Source: Rhodospirillales bacterium
GTDB lineage: Bacteria > Pseudomonadota > Alphaproteobacteria > Rhodospirillales > HT1-32
Length of the DNA: 37,433 nucleotides
Direction: 5' to 3'
Assembly (NCBI GenBank): GCA_040222645.1
Contig: JAVKCR010000114.1
Coordinates: 1-37,433 of the forward strand
Shown: positions 9,590 through 18,224 of the stretch, piece by piece
Layout of the letters: each line of letters begins with the position of its first letter
Position numbering within the stretch: position 1 is the stretch's first letter
Translations under genes and position numbers: made by a program
Notes under the pieces: generated by a model
Told to the model about the DNA's origin: nothing
Databases searched by the model: none
What the model saw: only the letters and a program-made list of their open reading frames with translations

Positions 9590-10999
9590 GTGCCCGACCT
9601 GCTGACCCTGTCTTCCCCGCTCTGGTACATTGCCGCCGCCGCATTCGCAGGCGTGGTCTATATCGGCCTGCGCATGGCGGCGAGGTCGCGCACGAGCGAC
9701 GGCGGGACCGACGCCTACCAGACGATATCGCTTCCGGACGCCCCGGGGCAGATCGCCCTGCAGGACTGGATGACCGATCCCCGCACCACCGACGTGTTCG
9801 ACGCCATCGAGGCCGCCGGCGGCGAGGTGCGGTTCGTCGGCGGCTGTGTCCGCGACGCGGTGCTGAAGCTGCCGATCGGCGATATCGACCTGGCGACCAC
9901 GCTGGCGCCCGAGGCGACCATGGCCGCCTGCCAGCGCGCCGGCATGAAAGTGGTGCCGACCGGCATCCAGCACGGCACGGTGACCTGCATCTCCGGCGGT
10001 CAGCCCTTCGAGGTGACGACGCTGCGGACCGACGAGGAGACCGACGGCCGCCATGCCCGCGTCGCCTTCACCGACGACTGGAAGGCGGATGCCGCGCGCC
10101 GCGATTTCACCATGAACGCGCTGTCGATGACCCGCGACGGCATGATCTACGACTATTTCAACGGCCTGCGCGATCTTGCCGAGCGCAACGTGATCTTCAT
10201 CGGCGATCCCAACGAGCGCATCGCCGAGGATTATCTCCGCATTCTCCGGTTCTTCCGCTTCACCGGCCGCTACGGCCGCATTCCGCCGGCGATCGCGGCG
10301 CTGTCCGCCTGCCGCCGGGCCGCCGAACATATCGACGACCTCTCGGGCGAGCGCATCCGCCAGGAGATGCTGAAGCTGCTGTCGCAGCGCAGCCCCGCCC
10401 TCGTTCTCGAACTGATGGCGGACGAGCACATCCTCGACCGGGTGATGCCGGTCCGCCCCCATATCGGCATGCTGAACGGCATGGTCTGGCTCGAGACCCG
10501 GGCGATGGGCACGGACCGGCTGACGGCAGATCCGATTCGCCGTCTCGCCGCGATGCTGCACGGGGAACGGGATGCCGCCGCCGATCTCGCCGACCGCTGG
10601 CGGCTCTCGAATGCCGACCGCAAACGGCTGCTCGACCTCGTCGTGCCGGACGACGACATCGCCACGGACATGAGCGACGAGACGTCTCGCGAGAAGCTTT
10701 TCCGCTTCGACAGCGACGGTTTCGCCGACCGGGTCCTGCTGACATGGGCGCGCGAGATCGATCACTCGAAACATCCCGACAACGCGGCCTGGCGGCGCCT
10801 GTACGAGTTCGCCGCGGGGGAGGCGGAACCGGTCTTCCCGGTCGGCGGCAAGCATCTCGTCGCCGCCGGGGTGCCGGCGGGACCGGAAGTCGGCCGCCTG
10901 CTGGCGCGCCTCGAACGGTTCTGGCTCGACCGCAATTGCGAACCGGACCAGGCGGCGCTGATGGCCGAACTCGAGCGGATGCGGAAATCCGCCGAATGA
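9590..10999 (+). CDS. cca: CCA tRNA nucleotidyltransferase (class II), with an unusual hydrophobic N-terminal extension
   Basis: VGGCVRD, DIDLAT, TGIQHGTVT, EVTTLR, RRDFTMNAL, EDYLRILRFFRF, LSGERI; no poly(A)-polymerase signature and no HD domain. Start uncertain (GTG 9590 or ATG 9674). Confidence 0.92.
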   Translation: MPDLLTLSSPLWYIAAAAFAGVVYIGLRMAARSRTSDGGTDAYQTISLPDAPGQIALQDWMTDPRTTDVFDAIEAAGGEVRFVGGCVRDAVLKLPIGDIDLATTLAPEATMAACQRAGMKVVPTGIQHGTVTCISGGQPFEVTTLRTDEETDGRHARVAFTDDWKADAARRDFTMNALSMTRDGMIYDYFNGLRDLAERNVIFIGDPNERIAEDYLRILRFFRFTGRYGRIPPAIAALSACRRAAEHIDDLSGERIRQEMLKLLSQRSPALVLELMADEHILDRVMPVRPHIGMLNGMVWLETRAMGTDRLTADPIRRLAAMLHGERDAAADLADRWRLSNADRKRLLDLVVPDDDIATDMSDETSREKLFRFDSDGFADRVLLTWAREIDHSKHPDNAAWRRLYEFAAGEAEPVFPVGGKHLVAAGVPAGPEVGRLLARLERFWLDRNCEPDQAALMAELERMRKSAE

Positions 11000-11655
11000 A
11001 GGACATGCGCATCTGCTTCTTCGGCGATTCGATCACCGCCGGCACCGGCGACGAAACCGGCCAGGGCTGGGTCGGCCGCCTCGCCGTCAGGGACAATGAC
11101 GGCGGCAAGCGTTTCACCGCCTACAATCTCGGCATCCGCCGCGACACGTCGCGACGCATCGCCATGCGCTGGCGGCAGGAATGGGCGCACCGCATCCTGG
11201 CCAACCGGCCGTCCGCCATCGTCGCCATGTTCGGCATCAACGATTGCGCCGGCGCCGAGGAGAACTACGACGGGGTCGGCTACGGACAGCGGGTCGAGGC
11301 GGATGTCTCCCTCGGCATCGCCCGCAACATGATCACGGCGATGAAGGGTGTCGCGCCGGTTCTGTGGCTCGGCCCGACGCCGCTGGTCGAGGCGATGATG
11401 GATGACGATCCGCCCGGTCGGCCGGCGCTGCCGCCGCGGCTCGAACGCCTCGCCCTGATCGACCGCAGCTATGCAGACTGCGCCGCCGAAATCGGGGTGC
11501 CCTATCTCGGTTGCCTCGACATCTTCCTGGAATCGGAGGGCTTCATGCAGTCGCTGCGATCGGGTGACGGCGTGCATCCCTCCGGCAGCGGCCACCAGCT
11601 GATCGCCGAGGCGGTCGCCCGGTGGCCGGCCTGGCGGGCGCTGATCGGAACCTGA
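10996..11655 (+). CDS. SGNH/GDSL-family hydrolase
   Basis: Block I FFGDSITAG, block II NLGIRRDTS, block III FGIND, block V DGVHP. True start ATG 10996 overlaps the cca stop (ATGA). Confidence 0.88.
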   Translation: MKDMRICFFGDSITAGTGDETGQGWVGRLAVRDNDGGKRFTAYNLGIRRDTSRRIAMRWRQEWAHRILANRPSAIVAMFGINDCAGAEENYDGVGYGQRVEADVSLGIARNMITAMKGVAPVLWLGPTPLVEAMMDDDPPGRPALPPRLERLALIDRSYADCAAEIGVPYLGCLDIFLESEGFMQSLRSGDGVHPSGSGHQLIAEAVARWPAWRALIGT

Positions 11656-11664
11656 CGCGCGACG

Positions 11665-13290
11665 TCACATGTTCGGATAGTTCGGGCCGCCGCCGCCTTC
11701 CGGGGTCACCCAGTGGATGTTCTGGGTCGCGTCCTTGATGTCGCAGGTCTTGCAGTGCACGCAGTTCTGCGCGTTGATCTGCAGCCGGTCGGCGCCGTCG
11801 TCATCCTTCACGAATTCATAGACGCCCGCCGGGCAGAACCGCTGTTCCGGCCCGTCATAGACCTTCAGGTTGAGCGACACCGGCACCGTCTCGTCCTTCA
11901 GGGTGAGATGGACCGGCTGGTCCTCCTCGTGATTGGTGCCGGAGAAGGAGACCGAGGTCAGCTTGTCGAAGGTGAGCTTGCCGTCGGGTTTCGGATACTC
12001 GATCCGGTCGACGTCGGACGCCTTGCGCAACTGCCTGTGGTCCTCGTGATGATGGAAGGTCCAGGGCGCCCGGCCGCGCAGCAGGTAGGTGTCGATCGCC
12101 GAATAGGCCAGGCCGGCATAGAGCCCCTTCTGGAAGGAGGGGCGGATGTTCCGTGATCGGTAGAGTTCGTCCCAGACCCAGCTGTCCTTGAGCTTCTCGG
12201 TATAGGCGACCGGTTCGTTGCCCTCGCCCGCCAGCATCTCGAAGATCGCCTCCGCCGCGACCATCCCGGACTTCATCGCGGTGTGCGATCCCTTGATCTT
12301 CGGCACGTTCAGGAATCCCGCCGTGCAGCCGATCAGCGCACCGCCCGGGAAGGTGAGTTTCGGGATCGACTGGTAGCCGCCCTCGTTCAGCGCCCGCGCC
12401 CCGTAGGCGACGCGCCGGCCGCCCTCGAAGGTCTCGCGGATCAGCGGATGGGTCTTGAAACGCTGCATCTCGTCGTAGGGGCTGAGATAGGGGTTCTTGT
12501 AATCGAGCCCGATGACGAAGCCGTAGGACACCAGGTTGTCCTCGAGATGGTAGAGGAATGAGCCGCCATAGGTCTCGCTGTCGAGCGGCCAGCCGATGGA
12601 ATGCATGATGAAACCCGGCTTGTGCTTCGCCGGGTCGATTTCCCAGAGTTCCTTGATGCCGATGCCGTAGGTCTGCGGCTCGCTGTCATGGCGCAGGTCG
12701 AACTTCTCCAACAGTCCCTTGGTCAGGCTGCCGCGCGCGCCTTCCGCGAACAGGGTGCAGCGGGCATGCAGTTCCATTCCCGGCGCATGGTTCGGGCCGG
12801 GGGTGCCGTCTTTCTGGATGCCCATGTCGCCGGTCGCGATGCCCTTCACCGAACCGTCCTCGTGATAGAGCACTTCCGACGCGGCGAAGCCCGGATAGAT
12901 CTCGACGCCGAGCGCCTCGGCCTGTTCGGCGAGCCAGCGGCAGACATTGCCGAGGCTGATGATGTAGTTGCCGTGATTCTGCATCTGCGGCGGCACCGGC
13001 AGGCGCATCGCGTTCTGCTCGGTCATGAAATAGAAGCGTTCGTCGCCGGCGGGCGTGTTCAGCGGCGCGCCGCGTTCCTTCCAGTCCGGGAACAGCTCGT
13101 TCATCGCGGTGGGCTGCATCACCGCGCCGGACAGGATATGAGCGCCGACTTCCGAGCCCTTCTCGACGACGCAGACGCCGATTTCGCGGCCTTCCTCCTG
13201 GGCAAGCTGCATCAGCCGGATGGCCGCCGACAGCCCGGCCACGCCGGCGCCGACGATCACCACATCGAGTTCCATGGATTCGCGTTCCAT
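11665..13290 (-). CDS. Electron transfer flavoprotein:ubiquinone oxidoreductase
   Basis: [22 protein letters not shown] motif, [15 protein letters not shown]-terminal 4Fe-4S CPAGVYE...[12 protein letters not shown]...PEGGGGPNY. Confidence 0.97.
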   Translation of the reverse strand: MERESMELDVVIVGAGVAGLSAAIRLMQLAQEEGREIGVCVVEKGSEVGAHILSGAVMQPTAMNELFPDWKERGAPLNTPAGDERFYFMTEQNAMRLPVPPQMQNHGNYIISLGNVCRWLAEQAEALGVEIYPGFAASEVLYHEDGSVKGIATGDMGIQKDGTPGPNHAPGMELHARCTLFAEGARGSLTKGLLEKFDLRHDSEPQTYGIGIKELWEIDPAKHKPGFIMHSIGWPLDSETYGGSFLYHLEDNLVSYGFVIGLDYKNPYLSPYDEMQRFKTHPLIRETFEGGRRVAYGARALNEGGYQSIPKLTFPGGALIGCTAGFLNVPKIKGSHTAMKSGMVAAEAIFEMLAGEGNEPVAYTEKLKDSWVWDELYRSRNIRPSFQKGLYAGLAYSAIDTYLLRGRAPWTFHHHEDHRQLRKASDVDRIEYPKPDGKLTFDKLTSVSFSGTNHEEDQPVHLTLKDETVPVSLNLKVYDGPEQRFCPAGVYEFVKDDDGADRLQINAQNCVHCKTCDIKDATQNIHWVTPEGGGGPNYPNM

Positions 13291-13417
13291 AACCTTCGCC
13301 TCCCTCGTGCAACAGTACCCGGCATTGCGCCGTCTCACTCCGTAGTCTTAATCACACGGTGCAGGCGCGACAAGAAAATGGCACACTCCCCACCGCGATC
13401 CACCGGAACCGGCAGAT

Positions 13418-14251
13418 ATGGACCACATGCTCAACCCGGCCGGCGCAAAGGCGCTGCTGCACTGGTATCTCGAAGCGGGCGTCGACGAACTCGTCGACGA
13501 TGCGCCGCATGACCGCTATGCCGCGCCGCCCCCGGCAGCCCCGCCAGTGCCGTCCTCCGCATCCACACCAAGGGCGCCGGCTTCACAGCCGGAGGGACCG
13601 GCCCGGCCGGCTGCTACCGCCGCCGCCCGAACGGAAGCGCTGAGCCCGGATGTCGCCAGCGCCCGCGAACAGGCCGCCGCCGCGCGCACGCTCGACGATC
13701 TCAAGGCGGCGCTTTCGGCGTTCGAGGGCTGCAGCCTGAAGGGCACCGCGACCAACATGGTCTTCGCCGACGGCAATCCGGAAGCCCGGATCATGCTGAT
13801 CGGCGAGGCGCCCGGCGCCGATGAAGACCGGCTCGGCAAACCCTTCGTCGGGGCCAGCGGCCAGCTGCTCGACCGGATGATGGCCTCGATCGGCCTCGAC
13901 CGGTCCTCCTTCTACATCACCAACATCCTGCCCTGGCGCCCGCCGGGCAACCGCAAGCCCAGCGCGGCGGAAATCGCCGCCTGCCGGCCCTTCGTGGAGC
14001 GCCATATCCAGCTGGTCGCACCCGAGATCCTGGTGTTCGTCGGCGGGACCTCGGCCAGTACACTGCTCGGCACCAATGAAGGCGTGATGCGGCTGCGCGG
14101 GCGCTGGTTCGACTACAATCCGCCCGGCGGCGACTCAGCCATCCAGGCGACCGCGATCTTCCACCCTGCCTACCTCCTGCGCAGTCCGGCGCAGAAGCGG
14201 CAAGCCTGGCGGGATTTGCTTAAAATTAGAGATAAATATGAAAAATCTTAG
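13418..14251 (+). CDS. Uracil-DNA glycosylase, family 4 (alphaproteobacterial type)
   Basis: Motif [11 protein letters not shown]...[17 protein letters not shown], motif B FHPAYLLR; Pro/Ala linker after N-terminal [11 protein letters not shown]. Confidence 0.93.
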   Translation: MDHMLNPAGAKALLHWYLEAGVDELVDDAPHDRYAAPPPAAPPVPSSASTPRAPASQPEGPARPAATAAARTEALSPDVASAREQAAAARTLDDLKAALSAFEGCSLKGTATNMVFADGNPEARIMLIGEAPGADEDRLGKPFVGASGQLLDRMMASIGLDRSSFYITNILPWRPPGNRKPSAAEIAACRPFVERHIQLVAPEILVFVGGTSASTLLGTNEGVMRLRGRWFDYNPPGGDSAIQATAIFHPAYLLRSPAQKRQAWRDLLKIRDKYEKS

Positions 14252-14274
14252 TTTTACCGCTAGATATGGCCACC

Positions 14275-14305
14275 TGTTCCACATTCATCCACAAGCTGTG
14301 GATAA
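14275..14305. promoter_or_regulatory. Cluster of three DnaA boxes
   Basis: TGTTCCACA (14275-14283), TCATCCACA (14285-14293) and TGTGGATAA (14297-14305, reverse complement of the perfect TTATCCACA). Confidence 0.7.
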
Positions 14306-14308
14306 AGG

Positions 14309-14316
14309 TTAACCAT
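14309..14316 (+). promoter_or_regulatory. CtrA half-site TTAACCAT
   Basis: Exact TTAACCAT 3 nt after the DnaA boxes, upstream of the SLT gene; a second TTAACC at 14349-14354. Confidence 0.5.
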
Positions 14317-14359
14317 CTTCTCCTTGTAGAAATCACCGAAACCGATTATTAACCCCGCG

Positions 14360-16231
14360 ATGCGTAGGCAAGGGTGCCGGGTTCTGTCCAGCGCGGGGTT
14401 GGCGATAATCGCATCGGTCTTCTGCTTTATGCAGGTTGCCGGTGCTGCAGATTCTGCGACCTCCCGTAAGACCGCTGAAAAGCAACGGACCGGTGTGGAA
14501 ATCGCGCTATCGGGCGGCATACGCCCCCGGGCGGTCCGTGAGGCCGCAGTACCGGATCTTCTGTCGCAGGAAGATGTGGCGCGATATCAGGAAATTTTTC
14601 TCGTCCAGACGACCGGCGATTGGAATCGTGCGGATGCGCTGATCGCGCAATTGCGCGACGACGTGCTGCTGGGTCATGTGATGGCACAGCGCTACCTGCA
14701 TCCGACCAAGTACCGCTCTCGCTTTCGCGAACTGAAACGCTGGCTGGCGGAATATGCCGACCTGCCGGACGCCGGCACCATCTACAAGCTCGCCATGCGC
14801 CGCAAGCCGGCCGGCGAGGGCGCGCCGAAGCGCCCCGCCGTCGCCCGTCTCGGCGCCGAACCGGACAATTGGTCATCTCTCGGCGGCGGTGCCTTCTCGG
14901 AAGTCGAATCCTCAGGCGAACGTTTGTCGAACCACGCCTACGGTATCCGCAATGAAGCGATCCACTATCTCCGCCGCGGTCTCACCCTTGCCGCCAAGCA
15001 GGTAATCGAGAGCAGCGAAGCCATCCGCGTGCTGCCGCCGGTCGAGCATGACCGGCTGCGGGCGGAACTGGCCTTCGCCTACTACATCCACGGCCGCACC
15101 GACTGGGCGCTCGACTGGGCGAAGCAGGCCCTGCGGTCCGGTGAGAAAGCGCCGCTCGCCGCCTGGACCGCCGGCCTCTCCTACTGGCGTGAGGGCGACC
15201 GGGATAGCGCCTCGAAATATTTCGAGATCGCCGGACGGTCGGAATATGCCGATCTCTGGCTGCGTTCCGCCGGGGCCTTCTGGGCCGCGCGGGCGCATCT
15301 CGTCAGCCGCCGGCCGGACAGGTTCAACGACTGGCTCGCCATCGCCGGCGCCTATCCGCGCACCTTCTACGGCGCGCTCGCCCGGCGCACCCTGGGGTTC
15401 CAGAGCTATTACGACTGGGAATCGCTGGTCTTCACAGACGACCATGCCGACCTGCTGATGTCGACCGATGTCGGCCGCCGGGCGCTGGCGCTGACCCAGA
15501 TCGGCCAGGACAGCCGGGCGGAGCAGGAACTGAAGCGCCTGTTGCCGCATGCCGCCCCCGCCGCGGTCGAGGCGATGCTGGCGCTGGCGTCCCGCCGCAA
15601 CATGCCGGGCATCTCGCTGCGTCTCGGCGAGCTCTATGAAATCCGCACCAGCCGCCGTCTCGATGGCGCGGTGTTCCCGCTGCCCGCCTGGGCGCCGCGC
15701 GGCGGCTTCCAGGTCGACCGGGCGCTGCTGTTCGCCGTGATGCGCCAGGAAAGCCGATTCCTGCCCGATGCCGAAAGCCGGGCCGGGGCCAGCGGCCTGA
15801 TGCAGCTGATGCCGTCGACCGCCGCCTATATCGCCGGCGATTCGAGACTGACCCGCGATCGCGAACCGCTGTTCGATCCCGCCTACAACATGGCGCTCGG
15901 CCAGAAATACGTGGCGCACCTGATGGAGAACAAGCTGGTCGGCGACGACCTGTTCTCGATCGTCGCCGCCTATAACGGCGGTCCGGGCAACCTCGCCCGC
16001 TGGAAGCGGACCATCGACCACCAGGACGATCCGCTGCTGTTCATCGAGAGCATCCCCTCGCGCGAGACGCGGATCTATATCGAGCGCGTGCTGACCAATC
16101 TCTGGATCTACCGCGACCGGCTGGGGCAGGGCACGCCCTCGCTCGACCAGCTTGCCGCCGGCATCTGGCCGCGCTATTCCCAGCTCGATGAACCCGACCT
16201 GCAGGTGGCAGGAACTCCCGCCGGGAACTGA
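14360..16231 (+). CDS. Soluble lytic transglycosylase (SLT domain with helical N-terminal region), exported
   Basis: Signal peptide; SLT motifs MRQESRF, GLMQLMP, AYNGGPG, ETRIYIERV. Synteny with UDG/ETF-QO/radical SAM recalls Caulobacter SdpB (from memory, unverified). Confidence 0.92.
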   Translation: MRRQGCRVLSSAGLAIIASVFCFMQVAGAADSATSRKTAEKQRTGVEIALSGGIRPRAVREAAVPDLLSQEDVARYQEIFLVQTTGDWNRADALIAQLRDDVLLGHVMAQRYLHPTKYRSRFRELKRWLAEYADLPDAGTIYKLAMRRKPAGEGAPKRPAVARLGAEPDNWSSLGGGAFSEVESSGERLSNHAYGIRNEAIHYLRRGLTLAAKQVIESSEAIRVLPPVEHDRLRAELAFAYYIHGRTDWALDWAKQALRSGEKAPLAAWTAGLSYWREGDRDSASKYFEIAGRSEYADLWLRSAGAFWAARAHLVSRRPDRFNDWLAIAGAYPRTFYGALARRTLGFQSYYDWESLVFTDDHADLLMSTDVGRRALALTQIGQDSRAEQELKRLLPHAAPAAVEAMLALASRRNMPGISLRLGELYEIRTSRRLDGAVFPLPAWAPRGGFQVDRALLFAVMRQESRFLPDAESRAGASGLMQLMPSTAAYIAGDSRLTRDREPLFDPAYNMALGQKYVAHLMENKLVGDDLFSIVAAYNGGPGNLARWKRTIDHQDDPLLFIESIPSRETRIYIERVLTNLWIYRDRLGQGTPSLDQLAAGIWPRYSQLDEPDLQVAGTPAGN

Positions 16232-16234
16232 TCC

Positions 16235-16771
16235 ATGCCGGGCATTGACGAGAGCCGGACCTTTCTGCCGGTCAATATCGCCGTTCTCACCGTTTCCGAC
16301 ACCCGCACCCTTGCCGACGACCGCTCGGGCGACACGCTCGTCTCGCGGGCCGAGGGCGATGGCCACAAGGTGGTCGACCGACGCATCTGCAAGGACGATG
16401 CCTCCGCCGTCCGGGCCATCCTCGAGGAATGGATCGCCGACGGGAATGTCGATTGCGTGATCGCGACCGGCGGCACCGGGGTGACCGGGCGCGACGTCAC
16501 GCCGGAAGCCTTCCACGCGGTCTACGACAAGGAAATCCAGGGTTTCGGCGAGCTGTTCCGGATGCTGAGCTACCAGAAGATCGGCACCTCGACGATGCAG
16601 TCACGCGCAACCGGCGGGGTTGCCGGCGGCACCTACCTCTTCGCCCTGCCCGGTTCCACCGGCGCCTGCAAGGATGCGTGGGACGATATCCTGCGCTACC
16701 AGCTCGACAGCCGGCACCGGCCCTGCAACCTCGTCGAACTGATGCCGCGGCTGCAGGAACACCTGGCCTGA
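16235..16771 (+). CDS. moaB: Molybdenum cofactor biosynthesis protein B
   Basis: IAVLTVSDTR...DRSG, TGGTGVTGRDVTPEA, GFGELFR, LPGSTGAC, HRPCNLVELMPRL. Confidence 0.95.
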   Translation: MPGIDESRTFLPVNIAVLTVSDTRTLADDRSGDTLVSRAEGDGHKVVDRRICKDDASAVRAILEEWIADGNVDCVIATGGTGVTGRDVTPEAFHAVYDKEIQGFGELFRMLSYQKIGTSTMQSRATGGVAGGTYLFALPGSTGACKDAWDDILRYQLDSRHRPCNLVELMPRLQEHLA

Positions 16772-17356
16772 TCGCTGCCGGAAGGCGCGATAGTCGGCCA
16801 CGTCATCCACATCCGACAGCGGCGCAAGCAGGCTCACCTTCATGGCGCCGAGATGGGCCAGGCTGTCCGCCAGCGCCCGCGGACCCGACCAGCGAACCTC
16901 CCCGAACGCCGCCTTGCGGGCGGCCGATGCGCGATAGCCGACCAGCCAGAACCCGCCATCCATCGCCGGCCCGAACACCATGTCGCTCTGCCCGAGCGCG
17001 CGGAAGGCGGCGGCCACATGCGCCGGCCTGAGATCCGGGATATCGGTGCCCGCGATCACCACGTCGCCGTCGCCGTGAAGGCGGGCGAGGCGGGCCATGC
17101 GCTGGCCGATATCCCCCCTGCCCTGCGGCGCCACGTCGAAGGCGCCGGGAAAGAGCGGCGGCGCCGGGCGCCAGCGATCCGGCGTGACGGCGAGCGTGAG
17201 GGACCAGCGCGGGTCGGTCCCGAGCCGGCGGACGGCGGCCGACGCCATCACGCGGTAGAAGGCGGTCGCCGCCGCGACGCCGATGCCGGCCGCGAGGCGC
17301 GTTTTCACCCGGCCGGCCACCGGCTCGCGCAGGAACAGGACGAGGCGGCGCGTCAC
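16601..17356 (-). CDS. DUF2064 / TIGR04282-type (CofC-like fold) transferase; C-terminus extends antisense into moaB
   Basis: LFLREPVAGRVKTRLA, QGRGDIGQRM, IAGTDIPDL, FGPAMDGGFWLVG, LSDVDD. Confidence 0.88.
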   Translation of the reverse strand: MTRRLVLFLREPVAGRVKTRLAAGIGVAAATAFYRVMASAAVRRLGTDPRWSLTLAVTPDRWRPAPPLFPGAFDVAPQGRGDIGQRMARLARLHGDGDVVIAGTDIPDLRPAHVAAAFRALGQSDMVFGPAMDGGFWLVGYRASAARKAAFGEVRWSGPRALADSLAHLGAMKVSLLAPLSDVDDVADYRAFRQRSGQVFLQPRHQFDEVAGPVPAVELVAQDIVPRILAGAGGTGQGEEVGAAGNPAGCA

Positions 17357-18048
17357 CGGTAGAGCGCCGCGATACGCGCCGGCGGGGTTCCGGCGAAATA
17401 GAGCGCCAGGCAGGCAAGATTGCGCAGCGGCCGCGCGACATAGCCGTCGCGGCGGTAGCGCGCGGCGCTGGTGACGGCATCCGCTGCGAGTTCCCGCATG
17501 TTGCGTCGGCCGATGCGGCGCACGAGATCGACGTCCTCCATGATCGGCAGCGGCCGGTAGCCGCCCAGCGCCCCGTAATCGGCACGCCGGATCAGCAATC
17601 CCTGGTCGCCATAGGCAAGACCGAAGGTTCGGCAGCGCCAGGCGACCATCCGTTCGAGACGGCGGGCGGCATCATTTTCCGGGTCGTCGAGACGGAATCG
17701 GAAATACCCGGCCTCACCGGGCTTGGCGGCGCGCATGAAGGTCCGCACGGTGGCCTCCCATCCGTCGCCGGGCAGCGTGTCCGCATGCCAGAACAGCAGC
17801 CACGGCGCCGATGCTGCCGCACCGCCTGCGACAAGCTGAACCCCGCGTCCGCACGGTGCCGTCAGCAGACGCACCCCGCCGTCAATCCTGTCCCGCGTAC
17901 CGTCGGTCGAGCCGCCATCGACGACGGTGATCCGGTGCGCGATCGTTGTTGCGGACAGCGCGGCCGCGACCCGCCCGATGGATGAAGCCGCATCCAGCGT
18001 CGGGATCACGATGTCGAGGTCCGGGCCCGGATCGGTCTGTTCCGTCAT
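17353..18048 (-). CDS. GT2 glycosyltransferase, TIGR04283-type
   Basis: IVIPTLD, VVDGGSTDGT, GRGVQL, FWHADT, YGDQGLLI, GGYRPLPIMEDVDLVRR, TSAARY; 4-nt overlap with the DUF2064 gene. Confidence 0.9.
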   Translation of the reverse strand: MTEQTDPGPDLDIVIPTLDAASSIGRVAAALSATTIAHRITVVDGGSTDGTRDRIDGGVRLLTAPCGRGVQLVAGGAAASAPWLLFWHADTLPGDGWEATVRTFMRAAKPGEAGYFRFRLDDPENDAARRLERMVAWRCRTFGLAYGDQGLLIRRADYGALGGYRPLPIMEDVDLVRRIGRRNMRELAADAVTSAARYRRDGYVARPLRNLACLALYFAGTPPARIAALYR

Positions 18049-18166
18049 GCCGTGATCACGCCACGCGGAACGGCCGGGGTCAACGGGGGGAAAGGGAATG
18101 TGAGGGGACCGTGAAGTGGCAGATTTCCGGCCTGTTTCGCTCCCCGGAACCGGTGTTCCGCTAAAT

Positions 18167-18181
18167 GTTCTTGTTATGTTC
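18167..18181 (+). promoter_or_regulatory. Alphaproteobacterial LexA (SOS) box GTTC-N7-GTTC
   Basis: GTTCttgttatGTTC, 43 nt upstream of the radical SAM ATG; additional GTTC at 18155, 18190 and 18198. Confidence 0.85.
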
Positions 18182-18224
18182 TTTTGCTTGTTCTAGTGTT
18201 CAGGTCCAGTTGGAGGAGAGAGCC

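Noticed and set aside
9517-11655. 712-aa ORF suggesting a large fusion overlapping cca
   Set aside because: Only the last 219 aa (from ATG 10996) are SGNH-like; the rest is Arg/Pro/Gly-rich off-frame read-through of cca, typical of high-GC DNA.
14252-14359. Chromosomal origin (oriC)
   Set aside because: Only 108 nt intergenic, three boxes, no hemE/dnaA/parAB/gidA context, and skew cannot be assessed here; kept as a regulatory DnaA cluster.
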